Below are positions 52,377 to 62,232 of a DNA stretch of 64,000 nucleotides, piece after piece. Origin of the DNA: Spirochaetia bacterium (GTDB lineage: Bacteria > Spirochaetota > Spirochaetia > WTKD01 > G963693115). Location: contig CBDDCA010000006.1 of the NCBI GenBank assembly GCA_965226055.1, positions 832,001 to 896,000 on the forward strand, read 5' to 3'. The stretch's first letter is position 1. Every line of letters begins with the position of its first letter. A program made the translations under genes and the position numbers. The notes beneath the pieces were generated by a model. The model was given only the letters and a program-made list of their open reading frames with translations, was not told where the DNA came from and ran no database searches.

Positions 52377-53798
52377 ATGACATATGTGATTCTTGGAGCA
52401 GGACAAGTTGGTTTTCAGGTAGCTCAATTTCTTTCACAAGAAGGCCATACAGTAACAGTTATAGACAATAATCGAAAGCTGGTAGTAAAATTACAGGATC
52501 GTCTTGATTGTAAGATAGTTATAGATGATGGAAAAAAGCAAGAGGTATTGAAAGAGGCAAATATTCAGGATGCTGATTATTTTGTTGCTGTTACTAATTA
52601 TGATGATACCAATCTTATTAGCTGTAGTTTAGTACGTCAGTTAGCACCGAAAACACGATGTATTGCACGATTACGGAATGATAAGTATCTTGAATACATA
52701 CAATCAATAAAATCTACTTTTAATATTACAGAGGTAGTACAGCCTGAACGGGAGATAGCAACCTCTATTATACGGAGTATAGAATATGGAAGAGGTATGA
52801 GTGAAGCATTTTCGTTTATAGACTTTAATCGTATTCAAATACGTTCGTATCGTATAGTATCAGAATCTGTACTTGTACATCAGCCTGTAAGTAACTTTAG
52901 AAATAGTCTTCACTTTTCACAAGAAAATGAAGACAATTTTCTTATTGCTATGATTCAAAGAGATGATACTATCTTTCTTCCTTCGGGAAGTGATGTGCTA
53001 CAAGAGGGTGATGAATTATATTTTATTGGATCTATGAATGATCTTGATACATTATTTTATCATTTAGGAAGATCAGTAAAAGAAAGAAAAAATATTCGAA
53101 AAATTATGATCATTGGTGGTGGAGCAGTAACATCACAAATATTAGATATTTACAGTTCTAAGACAACGGGGTTTACTCAGCTCATAGGAAAGAGTCGTGT
53201 TTCTTCTCGAAATATTGTGGTCGTAGAAAGTGATGAGAAATTATGTGGGGAGATAGCTGATAATTTTCCTGATATAACAGTGTTAAATGCAGATGTGACT
53301 GAAGAGCAGACATTGGAGGATATAGAGATTTCCAGTGCTGATCTTGTTATTACTGCTACAGGGTCACAGGAGTTAAATATAGTGGTAGCTGCACATAGTC
53401 ATAATCTTGGAGTAAAGCAAACAATGGCGGTGGTGCATACATCTGTATATTCTGAAATCGCAGAAGAGCTTGGTATTAGTGTTTCTTTTAGTATACGAGG
53501 AGCTCTTACTAATTCAATTATTAGTTTATTAAGAGGTTATGATTCTGTGTTGAGTGTAGCGTATGGAGATCTTTCTATTTTTACTCATAAAGTGAGTCCT
53601 AAAAACTATGCATATAAAAAGAAAATCAAGGATCTTCGTATTCCAAAAGACAGTCTTATTATGTGTATTAATCGAGGAGACACATCATTTATTGCTCAAG
53701 GGAATATTGAAATAGAAGATAAAGATCAGTTATTAGTTATGAGTAAAAAGAATTCTCTTGATAAAATTACTGAGTTATTTCCGATAAATAAGGAATAA
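52377..53798 (+). CDS. trkA: Trk potassium uptake NAD-binding subunit
   Basis: Two RCK units (GAGQVG, IGGG); adjacent to trkH. Confidence 0.92.
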   Translation: MTYVILGAGQVGFQVAQFLSQEGHTVTVIDNNRKLVVKLQDRLDCKIVIDDGKKQEVLKEANIQDADYFVAVTNYDDTNLISCSLVRQLAPKTRCIARLRNDKYLEYIQSIKSTFNITEVVQPEREIATSIIRSIEYGRGMSEAFSFIDFNRIQIRSYRIVSESVLVHQPVSNFRNSLHFSQENEDNFLIAMIQRDDTIFLPSGSDVLQEGDELYFIGSMNDLDTLFYHLGRSVKERKNIRKIMIIGGGAVTSQILDIYSSKTTGFTQLIGKSRVSSRNIVVVESDEKLCGEIADNFPDITVLNADVTEEQTLEDIEISSADLVITATGSQELNIVVAAHSHNLGVKQTMAVVHTSVYSEIAEELGISVSFSIRGALTNSIISLLRGYDSVLSVAYGDLSIFTHKVSPKNYAYKKKIKDLRIPKDSLIMCINRGDTSFIAQGNIEIEDKDQLLVMSKKNSLDKITELFPINKE

Positions 53799-53804
53799 TA
53801 GTAT

Positions 53805-55250
53805 ATGCATATAAAACGTACTCTTCGTGTATTAGGAGCTTTGTTTACTGTATACTCATTTGTATTGTTGTTTCCTGCATTTGTGTCATTACTGTATCAA
53901 GAGCATGAATATACCTTATATTTTCTTGTTCCTAGTATAGCGTTGGTACTGTTTGGGGCTATTATTTTGTTTTTAACAAAAACAAAAAAACAGCAGCCTA
54001 CTACCGTACGGCAATCTTTGTTTCTTGTTTCGTTTAGTTGGATAAGTGTGTCTTTGTTAGGAACCATTCCATTTTTATTTTCAAAAGTGATACCTGATTT
54101 TAGTTCGGCTCTGTTTGAAACTGTATCAGGATTTACTACTACTGGAGCTTCTATACTTACTGATATAGAAATATTACCAAAATCTATGTTGTTTTGGAGA
54201 GCGTTTACTCAGTGGTTAGGTGGAATGGGAATTGTTGTTTTGACAGTTGCGTTGTTTCCATTGTTGGGGATAGGAGGAAACACTTTGATGGCAGCTGAAT
54301 CTCCTGGTCCAGAGCTAAATAAAATAACTCCAAAAATAAGTAATGTAGCAAAGATTTTTTGGCTTATCTATATGTTACTTACTGCCCTAGAAACGATGCT
54401 CTTATACTTTGCAGGAATGAATTTATTTGATGCCGTTACTCATTCTTTTGCTACTATGGCTACTGGGGGATTTTCTACTAAAAATACAAGTATCGCTGAG
54501 TACAGTTTGCTCATACAAGGAATCATCACTTTTTTTATGTTTCTTGCAGGTACCAATTTTGCATTATACTTTACTATCCTCACAGGGAAAACTGTGAGTA
54601 TTTTTAAGGATACCGAATTTCGCTGGTACATAAGCGTTACTTTAGGAGCATCGTGTCTGATTGCGATAACTCTTGTTCTATTTCAAGTTGCTCGTATTGG
54701 AGATGCAGTGCTTGATAGCTTATTTCAAACAGCTTCTATTATAACAACTACTGGTTTCGCTTCTGTTGATTTTGAGCAATGGCCGTATTTTGCACAGTCT
54801 ATCTTGTTGGTACTTATGTTTTTTGGGGGTTGTGCAGGATCAACAGGGGGAGGTATAAAAGTTATACGCATTGTTATTTCTATTAAGTTTATATTATCTG
54901 AGTTTACTCGTTTTTTTATGCCTCAAAAAGTATCAGTGATAAAAATAAATAATAAGAAGATTGATAGTGATTATATTCGTGTAGTATTAGTATTTATTCT
55001 TACCTATATCTTTTTATTGCTTTTGACTACTGTTGTTATATCATTACAAAATATTGATATATTGACATCTTTTACCACTGCCTTGTCTGCATTAGGGAAT
55101 ATCGGACCAGGGTTTGGGGCTATTGGTCCTACTGAAAATTATGCTTTTTTTTCACCTGCAGTAAAGTTGTTTCTTAGCTTTGTTATGATAGCAGGAAGAC
55201 TAGAGCTATTTACTGTGCTTATTTTATTTACTCCTCGTTTTTGGAAATAA
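53805..55250 (+). CDS. trkH: Trk potassium uptake membrane subunit
   Basis: SGFTTTGA, QWLGGMG, ATGGFS, GSTGGGIK, GNIGPG, GRLE. Confidence 0.95.
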   Translation: MHIKRTLRVLGALFTVYSFVLLFPAFVSLLYQEHEYTLYFLVPSIALVLFGAIILFLTKTKKQQPTTVRQSLFLVSFSWISVSLLGTIPFLFSKVIPDFSSALFETVSGFTTTGASILTDIEILPKSMLFWRAFTQWLGGMGIVVLTVALFPLLGIGGNTLMAAESPGPELNKITPKISNVAKIFWLIYMLLTALETMLLYFAGMNLFDAVTHSFATMATGGFSTKNTSIAEYSLLIQGIITFFMFLAGTNFALYFTILTGKTVSIFKDTEFRWYISVTLGASCLIAITLVLFQVARIGDAVLDSLFQTASIITTTGFASVDFEQWPYFAQSILLVLMFFGGCAGSTGGGIKVIRIVISIKFILSEFTRFFMPQKVSVIKINNKKIDSDYIRVVLVFILTYIFLLLLTTVVISLQNIDILTSFTTALSALGNIGPGFGAIGPTENYAFFSPAVKLFLSFVMIAGRLELFTVLILFTPRFWK

Positions 55251-55271
55251 AGAATAGTAAGGAGATATGGT

Positions 55272-55952
55272 ATGAAACTGAAATTTGATATACATGAAAT
55301 AGATACATTGCTGAAAGGATTTGATCTTAGATCAGAAGCAGATAAAGAAACAGTTAATTTTATCTATAATAATGTAATAGAATATGGAAAAAGACAGGAT
55401 AAAACTATGGATATCCAAAGAGACAAAGCAAGAATTTTTTTTCCAATTACTATAACTTTAATGGTATTTCTTACTAATGGAATAGTCGTATCATATGATA
55501 AGATTTTTACAGAATCTTTATTTTGGAACGGTATTATTATTGTTAGTATAATATTACCTTTTATTTTTTTGTTTTTATCATCTCGAAAATTTCATAATGT
55601 ATTAAGGAATTATGAAATAGTCTATGAGGTTGCCCCTGTTCATGATTTGAACATATACAAGGAAGAATATAAAGCTAAATTAGCAATTATATATTATTTA
55701 TTTAAGCAACTACAGGTAAGGGAAGAGCGGTTAATTCAATTAGCAAAGTACATAGGTAGTGGAATACGGTATATGTATTATGGAATAGTATTTGTTTTTA
55801 TATTTATAGTAGTGTTATTTGTCATTTTCAATATCTACCAAGCAGTAATTATCAAAGAAGAAGCTGAATTTATATTTCATGTGTGGAGTGTTATGGCTTA
55901 TCTTTTAATGGATTGTCACTCTCTAGGGCAGTTTTTACCCCTTGTATTTTAG
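55272..55952 (+). CDS. Hypothetical membrane protein with three TM segments
   Basis: SD AAGGAG; 2+1 hydrophobic helices; low GC. Confidence 0.75.
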   Translation: MKLKFDIHEIDTLLKGFDLRSEADKETVNFIYNNVIEYGKRQDKTMDIQRDKARIFFPITITLMVFLTNGIVVSYDKIFTESLFWNGIIIVSIILPFIFLFLSSRKFHNVLRNYEIVYEVAPVHDLNIYKEEYKAKLAIIYYLFKQLQVREERLIQLAKYIGSGIRYMYYGIVFVFIFIVVLFVIFNIYQAVIIKEEAEFIFHVWSVMAYLLMDCHSLGQFLPLVF

Positions 55953-56043
55953 GGAAATCATTGTTTTTGTTCCCATTATTAGCAGGGGGCTTTTTATTGC
56001 CGTTACCTGTATTGCTTGCAGAATTATTATTACCGTTACTCAT
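55891..56043 (-). CDS. Unannotated 50-aa Asn/Gly-rich peptide
   Basis: MSNGNNNSASNTGNGNKKPPANNGNKNNDFPKIQGVKTALESDNPLKDKP; TGcTATAAT 6 nt before ATG. Confidence 0.55.
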   Translation of the reverse strand: MSNGNNNSASNTGNGNKKPPANNGNKNNDFPKIQGVKTALESDNPLKDKP

Positions 56044-56078
56044 GTACTCATTATAGCATAATTGTTTGTTTTCTGTTC

Positions 56079-56121
56079 TCTACTGAAGCCTTTTCTGTCG
56101 CAATTAGTCCTTGAATCCGCA
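56079..56121. mobile_element. Solo IS30 right end
   Basis: tctactgaagccttttctgtcgcaattagtccttgaatccg matches 11341-11381. Confidence 0.8.
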
Positions 56122-56203
56122 AACTGCAACAAACACGAACAACAAAAAAGCGTTTTTATAGTAAAATAAAACTACTAGTAATATATTTAAAGTGAGGTTT
56201 AAG

Positions 56204-57454
56204 ATGAAGTATACCCAAGTATGTGATGGAGTGTTTAAGTTATCGGCAAATGCGTATGATTTGTTGTTTGAAAGCATGTGGCCTATTCCAAAAGGAGTTG
56301 CAATGAGTTCCTATATTGTTAAAGGGGAAAAAGTTGCTATTATTGATGGTGTATGCGGATGGGATGGAGTACCCGAAACATTGGAAGAACAGTTTGATCA
56401 AATGGGACTCAAGACTGAGGATATAGATTATGTAATTATAAATCATATGGAGCCAGATCATTCAGGGTGGCTTGAAAATTTTAAGACAAAAATTAGAAGC
56501 GATATTACGCTTGTTACTCATGAAAAGTCAATACCTCTTTTAGAACGATTTTTTGGTATTACTGACTTAAAAATACAAACAGTACGGTCAGGAGATACTT
56601 TAGATTTAGGGAATGGGAGAGTGCTGGCTTTTGAAGAGATTCCAAATGTGCATTGGCCTGAAACTATTGCGACTTTTGATACTCAATCGGGAGTACTGTT
56701 TCCTTGTGATGCGTTTGGTGCGTTTGGTGCTACTGATGAAGACAAAATGTTTGATGATGAGTTAGAACAGGAAGAAATTGAAGCACTTGAGCCTGAAATA
56801 AGACGGTATTATTCCAATATTGTTGGTGCTTTTTCGGTGCCAGCTCGTCGTGCTATTGAAAAAGCAGGAAAGCTGCCTATAAAGATGATTGCTCCTGGGC
56901 ATGGTATTGTATGGCGAAAAGATCCCATGTATATTGTAGATAAGTACTTACAGTATGCAGGTTATTCGCAGGGTCCTGCAAGAAAAAAAATTACTGTATT
57001 ATGGGCCTCTATGTATGGAAATACTGAAAAAGCAGTGCAACCAGTAGTAGATACAATAGAAGCTGCTGGTATTGAATGTGCAGTACATCAACTGCCAGAT
57101 GAAGATCATTACTCGTTTATTATTAGTGATGTATGGGACTCAAGCGGAGTAATTATTGGTACGCCAACATATGAGTATAAAATGTTTCCTGCTATGGCTA
57201 TGGCACTTGAGGAGCTAGGAAATAAAAAAGCATTAAATAGAAGAGCTTTTTTGTTTGGATCGTATGGGTGGGCAGCAAGTGCACAAAAAGAGTTTGAGGA
57301 AATTATAGAGCGAAAAAAGTTAAAGTGGCAGCTGTTACCTAAGGTAGAATTTAAGGGAAGTCCTGATGCAAATGATATTGAATTAGTAAAGCAACGAACG
57401 AAAGAGCTTATTGAGGAAGTGAATAAGTGGTATGAAGAATCAGGCAATCAATAA
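56204..57454 (+). CDS. fprA: Flavodiiron protein (FprA family A-type flavoprotein)
   Basis: NHMEPDHSG, HWPE, CDAFG, PGHG, flavodoxin SMYGNTE; start reassigned to the ATG after GAGG. Confidence 0.92.
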   Translation: MKYTQVCDGVFKLSANAYDLLFESMWPIPKGVAMSSYIVKGEKVAIIDGVCGWDGVPETLEEQFDQMGLKTEDIDYVIINHMEPDHSGWLENFKTKIRSDITLVTHEKSIPLLERFFGITDLKIQTVRSGDTLDLGNGRVLAFEEIPNVHWPETIATFDTQSGVLFPCDAFGAFGATDEDKMFDDELEQEEIEALEPEIRRYYSNIVGAFSVPARRAIEKAGKLPIKMIAPGHGIVWRKDPMYIVDKYLQYAGYSQGPARKKITVLWASMYGNTEKAVQPVVDTIEAAGIECAVHQLPDEDHYSFIISDVWDSSGVIIGTPTYEYKMFPAMAMALEELGNKKALNRRAFLFGSYGWAASAQKEFEEIIERKKLKWQLLPKVEFKGSPDANDIELVKQRTKELIEEVNKWYEESGNQ

Positions 57455-58556
57455 AACTAAGTCTCTGCAGCTTGAAAATATAAATATAAAAAAATTAGAA
57501 CCTCTTCTTTCTCCGCTTGAGTTAAAGCAATATGTACAAAGTACGCGAGAGGTACAAGAACTTGTTGTGAACGCAAGAAATACTATATGTCGTATACTTG
57601 ATGGCACTGATTCGCGGTTGCTTGCTATAGTGGGTCCTTGTTCTATTCATGATCATAAAGCCGCAATGGAATATGCAAGGCATCTCAAAGAAATTAGGGA
57701 TGAGATTAGCGATAGGATATATGTGGTGATGCGGGTATATTTTGAAAAACCTCGCACGACTTTAGGATGGCGTGGTTTATTTATTGATCCTAAGATGGAT
57801 AATAGCAATAATATTCCTGAAGGATTGCGATTAGGACGTAGTATTTTATTAGAGATAAACAGCTTAGGATTGCCTTGTGGGAGTGAATATCTTGATCCTA
57901 TTATTCCAAACTACATTGATGATTTAGTGTGTTGGGCATCTATAGGAGCACGTACTATAGAAAGTCAGACACATAGGGATATGGCGAGTGGAGTTTCGGT
58001 TCCTGTCGGATTCAAAAATAATACGAGTGGTGATATTGATGCTGCTATAAATGCTATGGTACTGAGTAGTACTGAACGAGGTTTTATTGGTTCTAATATT
58101 GAAGGAAAAACATGTATAGTACATACAACTGGAAATAGGAACACTCATCTTATTTTACGTGGAGGACGAACAGGGCCAAATTATTTTCCTCATCATATAC
58201 AAAGTGCCTCTGAGCTTATGAAAAAACGTAACATTACTCCAAGAATAATTGTTGATTGTAGTCATGACAATTCACTGAAAGATTATAAGAAACAGGAGTT
58301 AGTATTGCAGTCGGTGTTAGAGCAATATATGGCAGGAGAGCATAGTGTGCGAGGGTTTATGCTAGAGAGTAACTTAAAAGCAGGAAATCAGGAAATACCA
58401 AAAGGGAAGAAAAAGTTAGTATATGGAAAATCGGTTACCGATGCTTGTATTGATATACACGATACAAAGCGACTTTTGCTTTCTGCGTATACGCATTTAG
58501 GAACTGTTGCTACACGACATACCATTACAAATTCTATCTCTAAATATGGTGGGTAA
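57432..58556 (+). CDS. DAHP synthase, class I-alpha (AroF/G/H type)
   Basis: GPCSIHD, RVYFEKPRT, IGART.ESQTHR, DCSH.NS, YGKSVTDAC. Confidence 0.94.
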   Translation: MKNQAINKTKSLQLENINIKKLEPLLSPLELKQYVQSTREVQELVVNARNTICRILDGTDSRLLAIVGPCSIHDHKAAMEYARHLKEIRDEISDRIYVVMRVYFEKPRTTLGWRGLFIDPKMDNSNNIPEGLRLGRSILLEINSLGLPCGSEYLDPIIPNYIDDLVCWASIGARTIESQTHRDMASGVSVPVGFKNNTSGDIDAAINAMVLSSTERGFIGSNIEGKTCIVHTTGNRNTHLILRGGRTGPNYFPHHIQSASELMKKRNITPRIIVDCSHDNSLKDYKKQELVLQSVLEQYMAGEHSVRGFMLESNLKAGNQEIPKGKKKLVYGKSVTDACIDIHDTKRLLLSAYTHLGTVATRHTITNSISKYGG

Positions 58557-58592
58557 TTGTTATCTCATATATAATATATTTTCTAGGATGGA

Positions 58593-59921
58593 GTGGCTAT
58601 GAATATACAAGAAAAAGCAAAGCAAGCAAGACAGGCATCGTTTATTCTGAGAAATATAGCGTCTCAAGAACGGAATGAGCTTCAACATGGTATTGCTCGT
58701 CATATTCAAAAGAGAAAAGAAGAAATTTTTAAGGCAAATAAACAAGATATGTTACATGCTGAAAAAGCAGGTGTGTCAGAACCTCTGCTAAAGCGTTTGT
58801 CTCTCAATGAGAAAGGCATACAAAGCATGTGTGATAAACTTTTTTCCGTAGCGTCACAAAAAGATTTAGTGTACTCTACAATTTTCAGTCGTGAACTTAC
58901 ACAAAATTTATTCTTGCATAAACGCTTTGTTCCCTTAGGGGTTGTTGCTATGATTTTTGAATCACGTCCAGACGCTTTAGTGCAAATTGCTTCCCTCTGC
59001 TTAAAGACAGCAAATGCAGTGTTGCTAAAAGGCGGTTCTGAGGCAATAGCAACGAATACTGTACTTTTTGATTGTATTCGCAGTGCAACGCGAGATTTTT
59101 TACAACATAGCTCTGAAGGTGCTCAAAACAATAATGGAGAGGAATGGGTACAATTGCTGGAAACACGCGAAGAAACTCGTACTATGTTACAGCTTAGTGA
59201 TGATATTGATCTTATTATTCCTCGTGGATCAAATGATTTTGTTCATTATATTATGAATAATTCTTCTATTCCAGTACTAGGGCATGCAGATGGAGTATGC
59301 CATGTATATGTACATTATGATGCTCATTTGCAACAAGCAAAAAAGATACTATATGATGCAAAGCTACAGTACACAGCAGTGTGTAATGCTATGGAATGTT
59401 TAGTAGTACATGAGGATGCACTTATTTTTTTACCGCAGTTATTGCAACTGCTTGCGAAAGAAGGAGTCTTTTTTCATGCAGATGAAGATGCTGCTGAAAT
59501 TCTTGCAGCTACAGGGATTGCTCATGCATTGGCAACACAGGATGATTGGGGGACTGAGTATCTTGATACAATTCTTGCTATTAAAACAGTCAAAAGTGTA
59601 CAAGAAGCTGTATATTTTATCAATCAGTACGGTTCGGGCCATACTGATGTTATTATTACTCAATCATCACAGATAGCAGACTATTTTAAGAAATCGGTGG
59701 ATTCTGCATCGGTAATGAGTAACTGCAGTCCTCGTTTTGCTGATGGATATAGATATGGGCTTGGAGCAGAGTTAGGGATTAGTACCACTCGTATTCATGC
59801 GAGAGGGCCAGTTGGGCAGGAAGGTCTTTTAAGTACACAGTGGATAGTAGATGGGGCAGGACATACTGTAGGGGCAATGGAGAATGGAGAGTATGTTTTT
59901 ACTCATAAGGATATAGAGTAA
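58593..59921 (+). CDS. proA: Gamma-glutamyl phosphate reductase
   Basis: IFESRP, LKGGSEA, IPRGS, CNAME, GLGAELGIST..HARGPVG. Confidence 0.95.
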   Translation: MAMNIQEKAKQARQASFILRNIASQERNELQHGIARHIQKRKEEIFKANKQDMLHAEKAGVSEPLLKRLSLNEKGIQSMCDKLFSVASQKDLVYSTIFSRELTQNLFLHKRFVPLGVVAMIFESRPDALVQIASLCLKTANAVLLKGGSEAIATNTVLFDCIRSATRDFLQHSSEGAQNNNGEEWVQLLETREETRTMLQLSDDIDLIIPRGSNDFVHYIMNNSSIPVLGHADGVCHVYVHYDAHLQQAKKILYDAKLQYTAVCNAMECLVVHEDALIFLPQLLQLLAKEGVFFHADEDAAEILAATGIAHALATQDDWGTEYLDTILAIKTVKSVQEAVYFINQYGSGHTDVIITQSSQIADYFKKSVDSASVMSNCSPRFADGYRYGLGAELGISTTRIHARGPVGQEGLLSTQWIVDGAGHTVGAMENGEYVFTHKDIE

Positions 59922-59935
59922 GGAAGTGTTACGGT

Positions 59936-60838
59936 ATGCAACATTCTCCATTTGATTATTCTCAATTACAACAGGCTCATCGTATTGTAATAAAGATTGG
60001 GACAAATGTAATGATGACTCATATTGCTCATGCTATTGAAACGGATAAAAAAAACAATAGTAATGATATGGGTACGAGTGAATATCCTCATTTTATGTAT
60101 TCAATGTTGTCTCAAATAGCACAGCTAAAACAGGAAGGAAAGCAATTTGTGTTGGTGAGTTCTGGATCAATTGGTTTTGGAGCAAAAGAGTTGGGGCTTA
60201 GTCCCCCTATTAAAGATATTGTGTTACGACAAGTATGTGCCGCTACTGGACAGCCGTTGCTTATGGATATATATCGATATGCAGCAAGACAGTTTAACTT
60301 AAATTGTGCTCAAGTACTCATTACGAGAAATGATTTTAATTCGGTATATTCATATACTTCAATTAAAAATTGTATTGAAGCATTATTACAAAGAGGAATT
60401 TTACCCATTATCAATGAAAATGATACAGTGTCTACCGAAGAGATTGATGATGGCTTTGGTGATAATGATCAGCTTAGTGCTATGATAGCAAGTAAGCTAA
60501 AAGCAGATGTTTTGATTATTTTAACTGATGTAGATGCATACTATACTAATAATCCACGCAAAGATCCTTTAGCAACACGTATTCCTGTTATTTATAATGC
60601 TAAGGAGCTACTCGTAAATACAGAGTTGGATATGCACAATAACAACGCTGAGACTGGAACTAACTATGGCACTGGAGGCATGCTTACAAAATTAAAAGCT
60701 GCTACAATAACGCAGGCAGCAGGGTGTACTCTGTGTATAGGATCTGCGTTTCAAAGGGATATTTTACTACATTTTCTTGCAGGAACAGGGAAAGCAGAAG
60801 ATACAGGTACGGTGTTTCCTGCTCTAGAGTCTGTTTGA
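59936..60838 (+). CDS. proB: Glutamate 5-kinase (no PUA domain)
   Basis: VIKIGT, VSSG, INENDTV, FGDND.LSA, GTGGMLTKLKAA. Confidence 0.94.
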   Translation: MQHSPFDYSQLQQAHRIVIKIGTNVMMTHIAHAIETDKKNNSNDMGTSEYPHFMYSMLSQIAQLKQEGKQFVLVSSGSIGFGAKELGLSPPIKDIVLRQVCAATGQPLLMDIYRYAARQFNLNCAQVLITRNDFNSVYSYTSIKNCIEALLQRGILPIINENDTVSTEEIDDGFGDNDQLSAMIASKLKADVLIILTDVDAYYTNNPRKDPLATRIPVIYNAKELLVNTELDMHNNNAETGTNYGTGGMLTKLKAATITQAAGCTLCIGSAFQRDILLHFLAGTGKAEDTGTVFPALESV

Positions 60839-60839
60839 T

Positions 60840-62141
60840 TTATGCTATTGCTTGTTCGTAATGTTGTAATACTGATATAATATGCTGTTGTATAATATTT
60901 TGTGCAGTCATTTTTTCGGGAGCTAAGGAGTTGATAACATTAGGAAAATATTGACTTACTAATGAAAATGGCAATGCTCTCGTTCCTAAGTGAGATAAGA
61001 GTGTGTGTACATATTCTTTCATTTCCTTTGTGTCCCAATAATATCTAATACGATCACTGAGACTATATATGCACTTGTATTGTATGTGAGAAGGAGAACC
61101 ATGATAATATTTTTTCCAATGTTTTGGATTATTAGATAAGAATTGTATAACGTTTTTTCTAAAATTACTTGGTTGTTTGGATAATAATTTATATTCAATC
61201 ATGAGTTGTTCAATATGGGCAAGATTAAACAATGCTTCTCTATATGCATAGGTGAGCCATGGTCCTACTTTTAAGATTGCATAATGGTTTTGTACCAGAT
61301 GTTTGAGTCCTATAGGGCTTTGATAATCAGTAGAATGGGCTTCAAACACTAATCTAAATGATATACATGTATTTGAGAGTTGTTTGCTTTTTTGTGGGTC
61401 ATAACAAAAAATAGTATCATCGCTAAATTCGACACCAGGTTGTACCACCATAGCTATCACCCGAGACCATGCTGCTTCAAGTCCTTTGTCAATAAATGTT
61501 TGTTTTGTAATAGCAAATGTTTGTTCTGCTGCTTCTGGACTAGTGGGGACTATGCTGTTTTCGTTTTCTGTATTTCCTCCTGGAATAGGCACTTCTGTGC
61601 CAATAATGTATACAGGAGCTTCTCCTTTGTTCGTAAGTGTATGCCATGTTTCTTCTGCTACTTTGCACAGTGTTGCTGCTCGTTGTGCTACAAGTGTGTC
61701 TCCAATTCCTTTGCCTTCTTGTATAGTATCATCGGCACATGCCATAGATGTGTCTAGGTGTATTTTTCTGTATCCTGCTTGTATGTATTCTTTTATCAAT
61801 TCACAAGATTTTTCCATAGCAATGGTACTTGTTTCATGTTGCCATGCGTTTGGTCCGAGATGATCGCCTCCTAGTAGTATCTTTTCTTTAGGGTACTTGA
61901 CGGTATCTGCAATGGTATATACATGTTGTACATAATCAGTTGGTGTCATTCCTGTGTATCCACCAAATTGGTTTACTTGGTTTGATGTTGATTCTATTAC
62001 TACAGGGTACGGTTTGTCTTTTGCCGCTGACAATACTGCTTGCAGCACTTCTCTGTTGCTACAGCATACAGAAAAAATGCCTGTGCCTTTTCCTTGTAAA
62101 TTATCTTGTAATATATTTTGTATCTGTTGTACTGGTTTCAT
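60840..62141 (-). CDS. GatZ/KbaZ family protein (tagatose-phosphate metabolism)
   Basis: STSNQVNQFGGYTGM, GGDHLGP, GTEVPIPGG, EAHSTDYQ, LKVGP, SDRIRYYW. Confidence 0.92.
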   Translation of the reverse strand: MKPVQQIQNILQDNLQGKGTGIFSVCCSNREVLQAVLSAAKDKPYPVVIESTSNQVNQFGGYTGMTPTDYVQHVYTIADTVKYPKEKILLGGDHLGPNAWQHETSTIAMEKSCELIKEYIQAGYRKIHLDTSMACADDTIQEGKGIGDTLVAQRAATLCKVAEETWHTLTNKGEAPVYIIGTEVPIPGGNTENENSIVPTSPEAAEQTFAITKQTFIDKGLEAAWSRVIAMVVQPGVEFSDDTIFCYDPQKSKQLSNTCISFRLVFEAHSTDYQSPIGLKHLVQNHYAILKVGPWLTYAYREALFNLAHIEQLMIEYKLLSKQPSNFRKNVIQFLSNNPKHWKKYYHGSPSHIQYKCIYSLSDRIRYYWDTKEMKEYVHTLLSHLGTRALPFSLVSQYFPNVINSLAPEKMTAQNIIQQHIISVLQHYEQAIA

Positions 62142-62232
62142 AGGTAATCCTTATTATTCCTTATATATTATTACAAACATAATAGTTACTATAAGATGAG
62201 AGTGTATGTATATGCTATAAGTGTACTGCTAT

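Noticed and set aside
5801-56121. Integron attC sites or REP elements
   Set aside because: The repeats match IS30 terminal IRs, are not palindromic, and no integrase is present
58593-60838. proA before proB as a novelty
   Set aside because: Simple gene-order variant; both enzymes look intact
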